Shown piece by piece: positions 1 to 13,749 of a stretch of 64,000 bases of DNA. Made by a program: the position numbers and the translations under genes. The notes under the pieces are model-generated. The model was given only the letters and a program-made list of their open reading frames with translations, was not told the origin of the DNA and did no database searches. Origin of the DNA: Penicillus capitatus. Lineage: Eukaryota > Plantae > Chlorophyta. Positions within the stretch are counted from its first letter, which is position 1; each line of letters starts with the position of its first letter. Where the stretch lies: positions 1,193,949 to 1,257,948 of the forward strand of contig OZ287698.1 of the NCBI GenBank assembly GCA_965649825.1. The letters are read 5' to 3'.

Positions 1-263
1 TCTACAGCACTGCATGTTTCGCACAGATGGCGTTGTCGTCGCTGTTTCATAAGCAATGAAGAAATAATTCTGCACCAGCTGCTGAACAAGCCTCACCCGT
101 CTACCTTCAACTCAAGAGCGGTGTTTAGTTGTGCAACCATCTTCATTTTGGCTCTTTCCACCATTGGTTCTAAAATTCAGCAGTAATAATCTATTGTCGT
201 TGTCATATGTCTGTCACGTTTGAACGACTCTCTCAGTAAATGGCACATAGAACTGTTGTGGAT

Positions 264-3200
264 TTACGGTTGCTTCTGTTGGATATGTTGTTCAAGGGAC
301 TCTCCAGTAATCTCTTCAAATAATCGCAGAATCTCGTCTGCCAATGAACACAGCTCAGGATTGGATGTCATACTCTGGACATCCATGATCCTTGGCAGTG
401 TCTCGGGGATGAGAGGCGCAAATTCCTCTTTCGCCTGCGACACCATTTCTCGTACAATGCACAAACACAGCGTGCATCGATAGACACTCTTGGTCTTGGC
501 ACAGCACCGCAACACCTGCATAAAAATGCCGTGTCATGATCAGAAAGCAACACCGTTGCATATATGACCTTGTGATTGACAGACTTTTGCAATCCACTCT
601 GCCCTCCCAGTTGAATGAGAAGCATTGCCAAACAAAGGGAGAGCGGATCGGATTGGAATATCTCTGAGTGTTTGAAACGGAGATCCGGATGTTGGATTTC
701 CCCAAGGCGCTGTGTAAAGCAATCGGATGGCGGATAGGCTCTCTTCAAGGCGCGAAGAGCAACGGACAGAATTCTCTCCATACTCTGCTGATGCAAAATA
801 TCGTCCTCATCGTAAAGCAAGGCTCGATACAAGCACTGAAGAATATAGAATTTGAGCAGATAAGCATGAGTCTCTGCAGGGGAGATAGAAGCATCTGTCA
901 TTCCTTTCTTGTGGACGACATCTTCAGAGGCACACAATTCCAGAGATGTATCCAAGAAAGCGGGAACGTAGACGACAAACAGGGATTTCAGTTTCTGCAT
1001 CAGTTCGGCAAGCAGATGGAAACCTGCAACACAACGAGGGATAGATATCGGCTGGTGAAACATCCAATCCAGTAATTCATCCAAAACAGGCTTGAACTGT
1101 TTTTCGCTGAGTTTCATCACAAAGCACTGGAATGCTTGAATGATACAGGACTCCACAGAGAAGGCATCTGAGATGTCCAACAGGTCCATTTGTCTAAGAT
1201 CCAACAGGCGAAGCAGGAAAGCAGAGATCTGTGGCAAAAGAATAACAGGATTGAGATCCGAGATAGACACACGATCTGAGCAAGAGGCACTTGTTGGAGG
1301 TAATGAGAAGCTGTGGTGCTGTCGAGCATCGAAATCAGGTGTTCGATGACGCCTAGATATCGACAGAGAAGAGCCGGATGATCTTTTGGGATCCATTCGT
1401 AACATTTCAGCAACTCTGGTAGCAACAAACGAATCGGAACGTCCCTTGGCAGTCGCTGCAGGATGTTTGTCATGAGAGACTGTGACATTGTGGCATCGGG
1501 CGTCTACAAAGCATCAGCTCCTCCATCCACTCAGCAAACGAGCAAGAGAATGTGCCTTGCAGCAGAAGATCGTTTTAAGCAGACGGGGAAGGTAAGGACT
1601 GAGGAAGGCTCCGAGCTGTTCCAGAAGCGCTTCCACCACCGCCAAGACACTGACCCACTCAAGTGGTTCATCTGGTGCATCTCCTGAAGCTGTTATCCCT
1701 AGAACACAGAACATGTGTGTTCAACACTGTTGGCTTTTCATTCTGTAACGAAATAGGAGAGACAAAGCGTGGAACATAGGGGCGGCGTCGATCAGCGTAG
1801 AGGAAGATGGTTCATCAGCATTGATCAGTCTGACGTGCAAGATATCATCACAAGACGTCCAATGACAGGCATATCATCCTGTTTCCTCACCTTGTGCACA
1901 GCAATCGATGTTGTTCAGCAGTGGAGGCATCAACTGTGACAAGGAGAAAGTGTGAATGGGTGTGATTTTGCTGATGGATGGATGGATACTGTTGGCAGAG
2001 ATGGAATGTGTGCCTCTCCGAGTTCTCTTACGAATGCAGCTAAACATGTCAGTGCGCTTCCTCTGATTTCGGCGTTGGAATGACGTGTGCAGTCCACAAG
2101 CAGTGGCATCCATTCCACAAATGTTGAGGGATACTGAGTGCCGGAGATCTGAACCAACTGCTGTGCAATGGCCAGTGCCCATTGAAGCTCATCAATTGCC
2201 TCCTCCGACGCACGAAGAGACAGCAAGTGGGGACAGATGTCGAGTACATCTTCAGAAAGATTCCATTCCCCTCGCCTTGACTGTCCACGCACGAATACCC
2301 TTAGAGCCAAAGAACGAGCTCAATAAGATACCTGTGTTTGCTGGAAAAGCTTCTTCTGAAACATCTCAAGCATACGGATCCGCAGAGATCCTTCCGATTT
2401 CTGGATCATACTGGCCAGGCTCTGAGCAAACAAGGAGAGTAGACAGGGCATCCTGTGAATGGTAGCATTCGGTTACGAGAAGGTAGCTGCTGATATCCAT
2501 AGATTCATTAAGAAGGGACAGAAGCTGAGGCTGCTGTTTCTTTGCGTCCTGGATCTTAGCATCGTCTGCCTTTGTTTGTGGCTTCTGGGAATGAAGAGCG
2601 TGTAACAATTTTGTCGCCTCGTTCAGAATCCTTCCATAACCAACACTCTCGCTCCATGCACCGGCTAAAGCGACATCGGACAGAGTCGACGCCTCTCCGA
2701 TATAGGCAGAAGCCTGATGATGCATACGGGATACATGCGGGCTGAGACACAGAGAGGTGTCAAACCTTGATCATCTGAATGCCGAGCTGCACCAGTCTCC
2801 GCGGCACCTCTGAGTGTATGGCCTGAGGATAGCGCTGACTGATATGCTGCAACGCGTGTGCAACAGCGTGGGTCCGTTCACTCAGACTCGCAGCTTGACC
2901 CAAAGAGAATGCCAAAGTCATGAAGCTCTCGTCTTCATCTTCTCCCAACAAGATAATCCATCCAGTGCTGAGTCCTTCAGATGTGTTCTAGAAGGATACA
3001 ATCCATAGTCATGCTGCCACAGGAGAATCGAATGGTAAGTACAGGAGACATTCCTTTCAAAACGGCTTTCGTAATCTCAAGGGATTGCTGTTGAGGCAGC
3101 GACTTCAAAGTCGGCAGTACGCTGTTCCACACATCAGCCATGCCTTCATTGGCGGCTGTCCACGATCTCACAAGAGCTGTCACTGCTTCTAATGCCTGAG

Positions 3201-6200
3201 ATGTCCCTTGCGTTGCATCAGGTCCCTTAATTTGTCGTATCACCTCGCACATAACCTGGAACACTCTTTTATGAGAGATATCTTCTCAAGGGTCCATGCT
3301 CGTGACTTTGCCTGGAGAATTGGACGTCGAGGGAATGACAGATGCGAGGAAGAGGTAGATTGCAGTAGAACGAGGATGGATTCGCGGACCGTCGGATCGA
3401 CTGCCCAGTGCAACTCCTGTACCATTAGATCTATCTAAAGCCACAAACGTGCTCACACTTCGCAACAGATGCATAAATAGAGCACTGACATCCAGACACT
3501 GCAGGAATGCCGAATCCTTGTGTGTCTCCACAAGCACGACGAGTAACTGAAATGTGGATCGGCAGATGCGTTCCAAGACATCGTCAAGAGGTTGACCATG
3601 ACTCTGTGTGCGAATGTCGCAAAGAAGCTGCTGCAGTAATCCAACAACGCGCTCAGGATCTGAAGAATGCGCAAAGTCCTGTTGTGCATCCTCAAGCAAG
3701 AGAGCAACCTGGAATCTCTCGCTTTGACTGAAGGAGCTCCAAGATCCGCAGGCAGTTCATTCGTCGCATGTCTGCTTCAGAATCTTCCATGGAATCGATG
3801 TCGGTGTCTAGCTTCAGAACAGCTTCCAACTGCGTCATCTGTAGAGGCCATTTCAGCGCCAGAGATATGGCTTTCTTCACGATGTCTTCACTCGGATGAA
3901 GATTGGCACAGCGCAGGACATCCAACAAAACATCACGGTCACAGAGTCGCTGAATCGCCTTGATCCACTTTGACGTCATCAGATCTAGTGCGGCATGTGC
4001 CATGACGTCCGTCTTGGAAGGACCGAGGCAAGCTGTTACCAACAACAGTATCCGATTCCTGGATTCTTGTTCGGCAAGGTTTGAAACGACCCCTGTTGTA
4101 AAGAGACCCACGATGCTTGCGCCCAGATCGCTGACACGAGTCTCCGGCCCTTCTTCGACGCACCGTTCCAAAAAGGGCAACGAAGCAGTCAGCAGCTCCT
4201 GATCACTGACTGTTCCTTTTAGACACTTGATAAGGAATTCGATCTGTTCTATCTCGCAGAAGAGCGATCGCTGTTGCAGTTGTTGCAGGAAATGGCGGCG
4301 GAGAGATGCAGCGGCTCCACTGTTTTGTGCATGCTCTTTCAGCGTCTTCCGTTTCTTGGACGGATGCCATTCTTGAGCAGATGCCGAGAGAAATGCTGCC
4401 AGTAGCTTCTGCGAGGCATCTCTATCCATCTCAATTTCCCTTTCTCGTTCTTGCACATACTAAACACATAAGCAAGCGGCAGCGAAAATGAACAACAGAT
4501 ATCATCATCATGATGCTGACAACTTGGAGGAGTGTCGGCACAGCAGAAGCGAGAGATGGCAGATGATCAGGCAAAGCGGATAGGATCGCTTGCACCAAAG
4601 CAATAGTTGCCATGCGGACAGCCGTGTCCGAGTGCGAGAGGAGAGTGCAGAGTGGCACCACCATTGCCTCTAGATCATGTTCTGTGACATCCTACAATCA
4701 CAGGCAGTTCAATGGACAGTCCGACGATTTTTGACACCTTGCTGCATGTCTTGATCAGAGAGAGTCCTGTGACGATAGTATCCGTGTTCGATGCATTCAG
4801 AGGCATATTCAGAAAGTTTGCCAAGAAAGGGAGTTTGGCACTGGGGCTGAAGACTCCGAGCATCACCATCGTACATTTCCTCTTCAGATCTTCGTTAGAT
4901 TGCCTTAGCACCTGATGCAGTAACTCATGCATCGTGGCTGTGTCAAAAGTTTTCTGAGCGTCATCGGTGTTTATGTGTAAAAACAAGGATTCTAAGGCCG
5001 ACAGAATTGTGGAGCCGTAGTGGACAAATCGATCGTCTGTCAACAGAACTTCCACATTGCCCGCAGACTGAACGTGTGCATTCGCATTCTCTGCACGAAG
5101 CTGTTGAAGCAGACAGCGAACAACGACAGTCCCGTCGAAGCAGGCTCTTGATTTTTTCGATCGCTGCTCGATCGCCACACACAAGAAGCAACGAAATCGT
5201 CGATTGGTGCGCTCAAACATCTCTTGCAGACACTCCATTCCACCATCACTCTTATCGAGTAGCGCACCCAACAAAGAGATCAGAGTTCTGGACAGACAAA
5301 AACTCGAGCAGAATCCTTACAGTACTGTATGTCACCTGTGTATGTCCTCTCGAGTCATACATCTCTCGTCCCAGTTTGTATGCTGGAGCTCTTCTGCAAT
5401 GGATCGGGCTACAGGATGATTTATCTCCTGCAGTCCTTTGGCAATTTGGAGGATGACAGGACACTGATGTGAGCAATATGGAAAGAGATGCTCGATCAAC
5501 TGAAAGACGATCACATCGTTCTCTTTTCTCGTTAACCACATGTCCGATCCTGTTGACAGGATCATTGCCAATCGGGTGGCACACTGTTCGGCCAGCTGGT
5601 CGGCCCGATGCAACTTGTCCATGGCCTTTTTCATGAGCTGTGCTGACACAGACGCAAGGGCGGATCTGTCAGCAATGATGCTTAAATCGCACAGTGCTGC
5701 ATTGGCAGCAACTTCAAAGTCTTCATCATAAAGGCGTCGCATAAACAGTTCCCCCATTTCTAAGGCGAAGCCGCTGTCCCTGAGTCCAGAAACGGCCTGC
5801 AGTTGCTCCAAGGCCTAGAAGCAAAGGCCTCAGGCTTTGTGTTCCATACGGTGGGAGTGTACGGCTCGGCGTGTTGCAGCGTCGCTATCATCCGCAGCTG
5901 CCAGAAGTGTCACTTCGCTTCCTTCCATAGGAGAATGAATGGTAGCATTCGGTGTTCCGTACACCAATGACAGTGCTCTTGCTTTCTTTTCCGCATCCAT
6001 CTCTCGTTTGAGGAATCCATTGATCGCTTGATCGAACTGCAGAGGATAGCGCTTGTCAACATTGCCGATCACCGAATCCATATGCACCAAAGACATGTCT
6101 TCCGGCTGAGCAAAGATGGACTGTACTACTTCAATGACCTGCTCGCCGTCCATTGGGACATCAACCAGCAACTGACCCAAAAACGATACAGCTTTCGAAT

Positions 6201-7667
6201 GCGGGTTCTTTGTCGATTTCTTCACGAGTTTCTTCGTCAGAGCCGAGAGAAATCTCTTAGCTTGCAATCCTTTCTGAATGAGATCCCTCAACAGGCCATT
6301 CAATCCGTCCATCTGATACAGCAACTGAAAGCCAAGGCCGAGCACATGTGATGCAGACAGATGTGGACAAGCGCACTTTCAAGACTTTGTCTGAAACGAC
6401 AGCGTGGTGCTTCTGAGTGTGATAGATGTGACAGATGATCGCAATGACCTGCGCTCTTTCATCATTTACAGTCGAGTTCAGCATCGACTGCAGCAGAGCT
6501 ACACAGAAAAGCTTCAGCATGTGGCGTCGCAATGCATCTCAGAGGCATCAGAAAATGTAAAATGCAAAACAGAGAACATGCGACAGGTGTCTTTCTCAGA
6601 GGAAGATGCTTTTCATCCCGTGCCCTATCCAGATGCTTTCGATTGGCATGTCTCACCAGTAATAGCTTCTGCATTGAGGGATACTCGTGTGACAAGCTGC
6701 ATGATGACGACGTGCACGGCTTGGCGGAAACTGCAAGAGATCTTTGTCCGCAGTCCTGATGCAATGACCGTCATCATACATCGCATCATGTCCTCCGTCA
6801 CCTGCCACGCACATGTGTCTCGCTTCCTGTAGAGTTATCCCGTTAGCAGCCAGACCTCTTCTGCTTGCTGCAGCACTTCACACATGAGGACGGCAAAGAA
6901 TGGATGCACTCTGTCATTGCTGAAGGCTTCCTGCGAGGACCACTTCGCCATTTGGCTCACAAAATTCAGCAGAGCCTACATAGCAGCATCCTCTGTGCAT
7001 GCATGCATCGATATCAAGGGACAGAACAGGATCGATCAGGCATCGTTTGACAAGGATATCCCGCGGAAACGGAAGCTGCGATTTCTGAACATCACTGAGC
7101 CATTGCCACGATGTGTTCTTCACATCCAGAATGGACAGTAACTTCTGAAACTCTGCCGTTGCGTGATAGACCAAACCGCAAGCCAAACAGTCGTCCACTT
7201 GAAACACGTGCACTCTAGCGAACACTCTTATCCCCCGAGGCATCTCATATAGCGAGTAGACCTGTAATTGCGAACAAGGTGCTCCAGTGCTTTGATCGCC
7301 GGGGGTTCCGTGAAGTATCCCGTCAGGAGTTTCAAGAAATCGGACAATAGAGCGTTGGTTCGTTTAATGTCGTCCTGTGTGGATTTTTCTCGCTCTTCGG
7401 GTACTGCGGAAAAAAGAGAGGAGCGATAATGCTTAAAACGCTCGTCCATTTCGCAGAGCGCCTCGAAGCCTGAAGGAGAGAAGAGGCGGCGTGTGGGATC
7501 CTGCGATGAGGGTGACGTGGTGCACCTTCCAATCCCACGTTTAAGGCATCTTCTGCAGTAAAGTAGACGGCCGTCTTAGGATCGTGAAGGAGAGTGGCCT
7601 TGTCATGGCGGTCGAATCCGCGACGCGCGTTCAGACTCTCGAGCTGTTTGGCAAGATGCGTCGTCAT
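264..7667 (-). CDS. UTP10: U3 snoRNP protein UTP10/HEATR1 (HEAT-repeat rRNA processing factor), about 20 short introns
   Basis: N-terminus MTTHLAKQLESL...KATLLHDPKTA...GLEG and ALEHLVRNYRVHVFQVD. C-terminal BP28CT-like segment AFQCFVMKLSEKQFKP and EEFAPLIPETLPRIMDV...FEEITGESLEQHI, TAA stop at 264. The exons I checked join in frame through GT-AG or GC-AG introns. Confidence 0.9.
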
Positions 7668-7856
7668 GGCGATGATCAGCCGCCGAACATACCAACCTCT
7701 CTTCGTGCGCTAACGCCACATGTCACGTCAAACAGATCCACACCACTCAACGAGAATGACAAACGATCAAGCTTTGCTTAAAAACGAGAACCGAATCCAG
7801 AACAACAAAGAATCATCAAAAAATGATGCAAAAACACACTGTCTGATACGGTCACT

Positions 7857-9399
7857 TCATTTCGGTCTGTAGTACGATGTGGGTACAAATGGCATACCAG
7901 TTACCACAGCGTCGTACTGCTTGTTACGCACCACCACCTTGATGGCTGTTGTCTTCTTAGCAAACGGCTTCTCCACATAGCCCATCGCGATGTTCTTGCC
8001 CAGATTGGGACTAAAGGCGCCACTGGTGACCTCGCCAATCTGCACAAACAAACACCGAGATGCAACAGCAATGTCATGTGTGATCTCACTCTTCGGCCGC
8101 TCTCGGGTTCCAGAAGATCGGAATGCGCACGGGCAGGGGGTCCCTGTGTCAACAATCCAATACGTTTCTGTTTCACTCCTTCCGCCAATTCTCTCTTGAT
8201 ACGATCGCCACCAAGAAAGGCACAGGCCTCGCGACGACTCTTGCCGATGGTCCATGTCAATCCAGCCTCGATCGGAGAGATCTCTTCCGTCACATCGTTT
8301 CCTGAAAACACACATCTTTGGCAGAAGATAGAGAGTACGACGGTAGACCGTAAAGACAGAGTCCAGCTTCGAGACGCAAGGCATCGCGGGCACCCAATCC
8401 GCCCAACCAAACATCTCCCCCTTCCAAGAACTTCTCTGCCACCTTCTCCAGACCATCTGCCGGAATGGAACATTCAAATCCGTCCTCTCCCGTGTACCTA
8501 ACGCGACATTCTCTGCATTGCTGAGATGGAGGAAGAGAATGCAACGCACCCTGTCCTTGTGATCCAGGAAGGGACTCCCGCAATGTCTGTCTTTGCAAAG
8601 TTGCTGAAGTAGAGGCTGCTCAGATCGATGTCTACCAGAGACTGCAGAACAGGCGCAGCAGAAGGTCCCTGAAGAGCCAGCAAGCCACGGTCATTATGGA
8701 CCACCATCTCAACATCCAGATTGGAATGCTGCTTGAGTTGGGCGTTGATGTGGGCCAAGTCGACATCCCTCCTTCCGGCATTCACCACCAAGTACAGATC
8801 GTCCTCCGTTACCTTGGGTAAAGAATAGCACTTCGTCGAAAGAGTGAGAAGAGTGACCTTGGTAATGACAGAATCGTCGATGATCCCGCCCTTCTCGTTC
8901 ATAAAGAGGCTCAACGATCCGCTTCCAGGTTTGATACTCTTGATGTCTCCCACTACGAGCTTCTCCAGAAAGGGCACTGCATCTTTTCCCTGTATCAAAA
9001 GTCACATCTGTCACATCAATTAAGGCGCTTGTAGTGCACGCACTCTGAGGGAGAGACCACACATGTGAGAGACATCAAAAAGCAATGCCTTGCTGCGGCA
9101 GTGTTTTGTCGAATCCATCACCGACTGTGCATACTGCACAGGCATCGACCATCCACAAAACTCCACCATCTTGCCTGGACCACGTAAAGATCGCAAAAAC
9201 GCACCGCCTCCTTCCCACACGCACCGCTGTTTTTGACATGGAAATCATAGAGTGGTGTTTTCTTGAGCTCTGGCACAGCCGCTGCTTCGGCCAATCCCCT
9301 CGTGGCTACGCAGCACGTCTTGGCCGTTGCACCCAACGGTTGCGCTTCGCGAAGCGTCAGCGTCTGAGAGGCGAGAGCGAGTAGACGACGACGCAGCAT
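7857..9399 (-). CDS. gcvT: Glycine cleavage system T protein (aminomethyltransferase), mitochondrial; 6 introns
   Basis: [61 protein letters not shown] and [12 protein letters not shown]. Arg/Ala/Thr-rich presequence at the N-terminus. Confidence 0.97.
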
Positions 9400-9504
9400 G
9401 TTTGATCTGACCTCACAGCGAACCCAAATAGTAGAACGTTCAATTCAACCGATGATCGCGCCGCGTGACAACATCATCCATCACGACACATTCTATCGAA
9501 CACC

Positions 9505-9915
9505 ATGGCGACAGACGAGGAGATAAAGACGCCAGAAGCCTCACCCGTTTTGCGACGATCGACACGCCGCCGCACGATCGTCGCAAGCTATTGCGAGATA
9601 ACTGCGGCGGCGGCGGTGTGCAAGCGAGGAAAACGAGAGAGACACGAGAGTCGTCAGAGGACTCTACATCAGTGGACCCAAAGCGTCTGTCCCAATGGTG
9701 TCTCGCCAACATCGACACGCGACTTTGATCAAGAGAAAAAATCAACAGAAACGTCATCGTCGAAGGCGATGCGGACCGTATCTGGCGGAAGACGTCAGCG
9801 ACAGGAGAAATGGCGGACGCTGGAATTCTATGGCATGCGATTCAGTGTCAAGGGATACTGGACGCACTCGCCCAAACGAACATACAGACAACTGACGCTG
9901 CGTAAGGCCCCATAA
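9505..9915 (+). CDS. Hypothetical small basic protein (136 aa)
   Basis: Single ATG-initiated ORF divergent from gcvT. It has an RRSTRRRTIVASYCE motif resembling those of nuclear proteins, and TGTAA about 45 nt after the stop. No family recognised. Confidence 0.45.
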   Translation: MATDEEIKTPEASPVLRRSTRRRTIVASYCEITAAAAVCKRGKRERHESRQRTLHQWTQSVCPNGVSPTSTRDFDQEKKSTETSSSKAMRTVSGGRRQRQEKWRTLEFYGMRFSVKGYWTHSPKRTYRQLTLRKAP

Positions 9916-10145
9916 GAATCCCTGCTCTGTGCTATACATGGTTCCTTCTGTAGATGAGTGTAAAATGCGATCGAAGACGTTTTCTATTTAGGTAACAATA
10001 ACACTACAAGCCGTGTTTTACTTCACAAGAGTGACTCTAAACATATTACAAAAGAGTGAGATATTATCACTCTTTTCAGCCCTTCATTGTCTGGGAAGAT
10101 GGCTGGGGAAGTGGCATTACGATCCAACTTGTTTGAGGATCCATG

Positions 10146-13100
10146 TTATGGTTTGCGTGTGAGATCGGCGTCGTTCGTCACGTTCTCTCTGCGTCTGGTT
10201 TTAACCTTATTGCGAAAGTTCGCTCGTTGCGCCTTCGGTAGAAACACATCGAAGTGCGACAACAGAGGTATCCATTCTTCCTTCACGCCCAGAATGCCGA
10301 TCAGAGATTCTTCCAAATGGTGAACATCCTTGTGTGTCCTGTGCATGGCAGAGGAAGGAAAGGAGAAAGATTGGAGTACAAACAAAAACAGCAACACACT
10401 TGAAGTGAGCGAGGACAGACTGGATCTTCTGCATGACCTCATCATCCAGCTCTTCCTTCATCTGTTGCATAAACTCCTGTGGACTGGCACTGTAGCTGCT
10501 CTTCTTTGCAGTACCTATAACCATCTCTATCTGTCCATGTGCATAGATTGACGATTTGATAAAGGCAACGACCGTCCAGTTCAGCCGGCGGACTAGGAGA
10601 AGGGATGGGAGACGGAGTGCTCTTGGATGGTAAAGGAGAGGGCGAGCGTTTGCGTTGCCTCTTAGATGAGAGAGGCTCATTGGATGCATCGGCCGCAGAT
10701 ATGGATCGCTTGGATGCTGCAGAGATGACAGTAGAGTCGACTGGCGGTGGTGCTTCGATGGCGAGTTTCTTTCTCTGCGAAGGCTCCCTCTGTCACACAA
10801 GCACAGTGATTGAACCAAACGCGCGTAGGGAATGTGCCTTGAAGAAATCCACAAGAGATGCCAGCAGAGGACCAAAGCTGCGTTCCTGCCGGCAAGATTT
10901 CTGGATCCATCTGGAGAGCTGACGCCGAATGTTGTCTTCAGAGAATCGTCGATCGCAGAGGAGAATGGTTCCAAAGTCGTCTTTGTGACGAATGACACGG
11001 CCCATTGCTTGATTGACGGCTCGGATGGCAGTCTGGCAATACCATTGTGTTCCGTTCAGTCCCTTGGACTGTTGCCGATTCAAGAACTCTCTCTTCAATT
11101 TCACCTACACAAGACCACATGGCCGCTATTCGCTGCACGCCGAAAGCGGTTTTGGAACCTTTGGATCTGTAAGTGGGGCGTAAGGGATGCCTGCGATGAT
11201 CACGGCCCGTCCTTCATCGTCCGAAAAATCGATACCTTCACTCACCTGGTCCATCATCATGAATACGAGAACAAAGATGTCTGCGGATCGGCAGAAGTGT
11301 CGACCTTTCCGCGGCAGACAGCAAAGAGAATGCAGCCACGACGGCCTGGAGCTCTGATTCGAGATTGATACTCTCGGATCACTTCGGGAAACAGAGCAGG
11401 ATTCTGTGGCTCGATCACAGCGGCTTTGATGCTCAGCATTTTGTTCCAGAGGCTCGTGTCTCCTAAGTCACATCCAGCAGATGCGCCAGGATGACGCTTA
11501 CGCATTCTACCTTGTTTGTTGGATTTCCAGAAATCGAGACAGTTCTGAAGGACCGTGTATGAAGGAAAGAACATCAGCACGCCGCCAGGAATGATTTTCA
11601 AGAAGCCGATGACCACCCGTCCGAGATCCATCAGGTACTTTGGATTATCTCGGCATTTGTAAGACGAATCCAGTACTGTCCCAGATGGGCCAGTCGGCAC
11701 ACAACGCACGAGAGCCTCATGACAGAAAGCATGTCTAAAAGCACGTGTCCATTTTATGGAAAGCATGATACCTGACTTTGATGAACGACATGATCGTTTT
11801 CCAGGCGGATAGGAAATGGAAGAGCAAGCTCTGCGGCAAAGGAATCCATGGGTGATAGTGTCCCACTGGTGAGAATGACGGTCTGGATGGATTGCTCAGT
11901 TACAAACCGTTTCATTGCCAGTCCTGGCGAGAAGCACCAGTAAGACAAAACGAGTCGCGATATCCCCGATGCTGTCTTGTCATCATGAATGTGCAGTCGG
12001 TACATCTAAGGCCCAGTATACTTGCCGTACTGACTTGATGGGTGATACTTTGTGGTAGGGATCTGCTCCAGGACGGGGAGATTCTTTGGCATCGAAGGCT
12101 AACTGCAGAGCGTTTGCCAAGATGGAACAGGATCCACCATTCAGACGCGAAGGAAGTTGCTGTGTGTCTCCCGAGCTCGTGCTCGACGTCTCTGCCAGTA
12201 ACTCGGCCGCATCGCTCAGCGCATCCGTCAAGATCTTCCAATTTTGACTGAGATCACACGTTTCGTATTAGTCACGAGAATGGCGAAGCGGGAGATAGAG
12301 GGTAGGTACTCTGTCATACAGGCATCGGAGAAGATCTTGAAGATGTGGTCTCCGGGAAACGATATTCCTTCCTTCGGGACCTTCATGTTCTTCAGTTTCG
12401 CTTCGAGCGACTTGATCATGTTCTAAAAAGAGTGAGAATGCATCAGAGTCGAGCAAAAGAGTGAGACAACGCACCATAAGTGTGGATGATCGAGTGGAAA
12501 GAACAGACCATGATTTTGTTGCTTGTGGCTGCCTTGTCTTTCGCTGCTTTGCATTTTCCTCTTCCTGCATCTGCCTTCCATCCTTCATTGTACAGAGTCG
12601 CATTGTTCTGTTGCACAAATCCTCTTTCTGTTCAAGATCCAGACAGTGTCGGGATACCTTTCCAGTTCAAGAACCGCATTGCCAAGGACACTGATGGGCA
12701 GATCAAAGGATGCCGCTTCAGAACACACGTGCTATCACCAAGCAGCAAAGATCAGAGCGATCCATCGTCAAACAGCATCGACCTCGATGTTGTGGGCTTC
12801 GTCGAAGATGACAACAGCGTTTGTCCAATTGAACAGTGTTGCGATGCTTTGTCTGCATTGCTTGTCCACAAGATAGTTGTAAGGAACAAAGATAATGTCA
12901 CTCAGTTCTGCCATTTTTCTCGAGAGGTAGTAGGGACATGGTCCAGAAGGCTTCTTTGCCAGACGGTGCAGATCTTCCAGATCCATGATCTCCGAAGCAT
13001 AGGAACGGATTCGATCCGTCGGTTCTGCATCCAATGCTGTATGCCATTGACATGTCTTCGATCGCGTCAGATGGAGACATGCATGATTCTTGACCGTCCC

Positions 13101-13681
13101 CTGATGCTTACTCAATGCAGGATTACAGCACTGCTGTTGACGCGATCCCAAAATGGCACACCGCACTCTGTCAATCGCTCCACTCAGTCGAGGCATGACG
13201 CAGAGACGTCACTTGTATCTGGTCTTCTTGATCTCTTTCATCGCCTGGCTTAGCTGACTGTGAGTCCTGGACGCGTAGATAATAGGGGGCAGTGTTGTCT
13301 GCTCTGGAGATCGCTCCTTCTGCTGCACCGAACGAACGAACAAACGCACGATTTCGTGAGACGTATCTCAATGAATGAGCACACACCTTTATCTGATCTG
13401 TTCGCCAAGCGAGAGCTGCACATAGCAGACACAACGTCTTGCCTGTTCCTGTCGGACTCTCAAGCAAAGCATGCTTCTTCTAAAAGAACCGACAAGTCAC
13501 TTCTCCCAACGAAGCCCTCCGACGATACCTCCTGCAGTGCTTGGATCACACGTTCCATGTACGCGACCTACGCTCGATCTCTCTTTGCCAGTCGTATCGA
13601 GTTGATGTGGCGTACCTGAACGTCATAAGCTTCATAAGGGAATTCCACTCGGACATTGCGAATGGTATAGGACGACGACAT
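10146..13681 (-). CDS. RTEL1: RTEL1-like Fe-S DEAH helicase (Rad3/XPD family), many introns
   Basis: [22 protein letters not shown] (Walker A), [58 protein letters not shown] and [19 protein letters not shown]-terminal harmonin-homology-like segment follows ([11 protein letters not shown]). Confidence 0.93.
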
Positions 13682-13749
13682 GTGAAGAACGCGTCGCTGG
13701 TGCCAACTATTGCGTCACGTTTCATGTACGGCACCTTTGCTTGACTGTC

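Noticed and set aside
2456-5953. Exact 18-nt repeat TGAATGGTAGCATTCGGT at 2456-2473 (intron) and 5936-5953 (exon) of UTP10
   Set aside because: A single 18-mer match in 64 kb is not far beyond chance (rough expectation around 0.1) and there is no flanking similarity.
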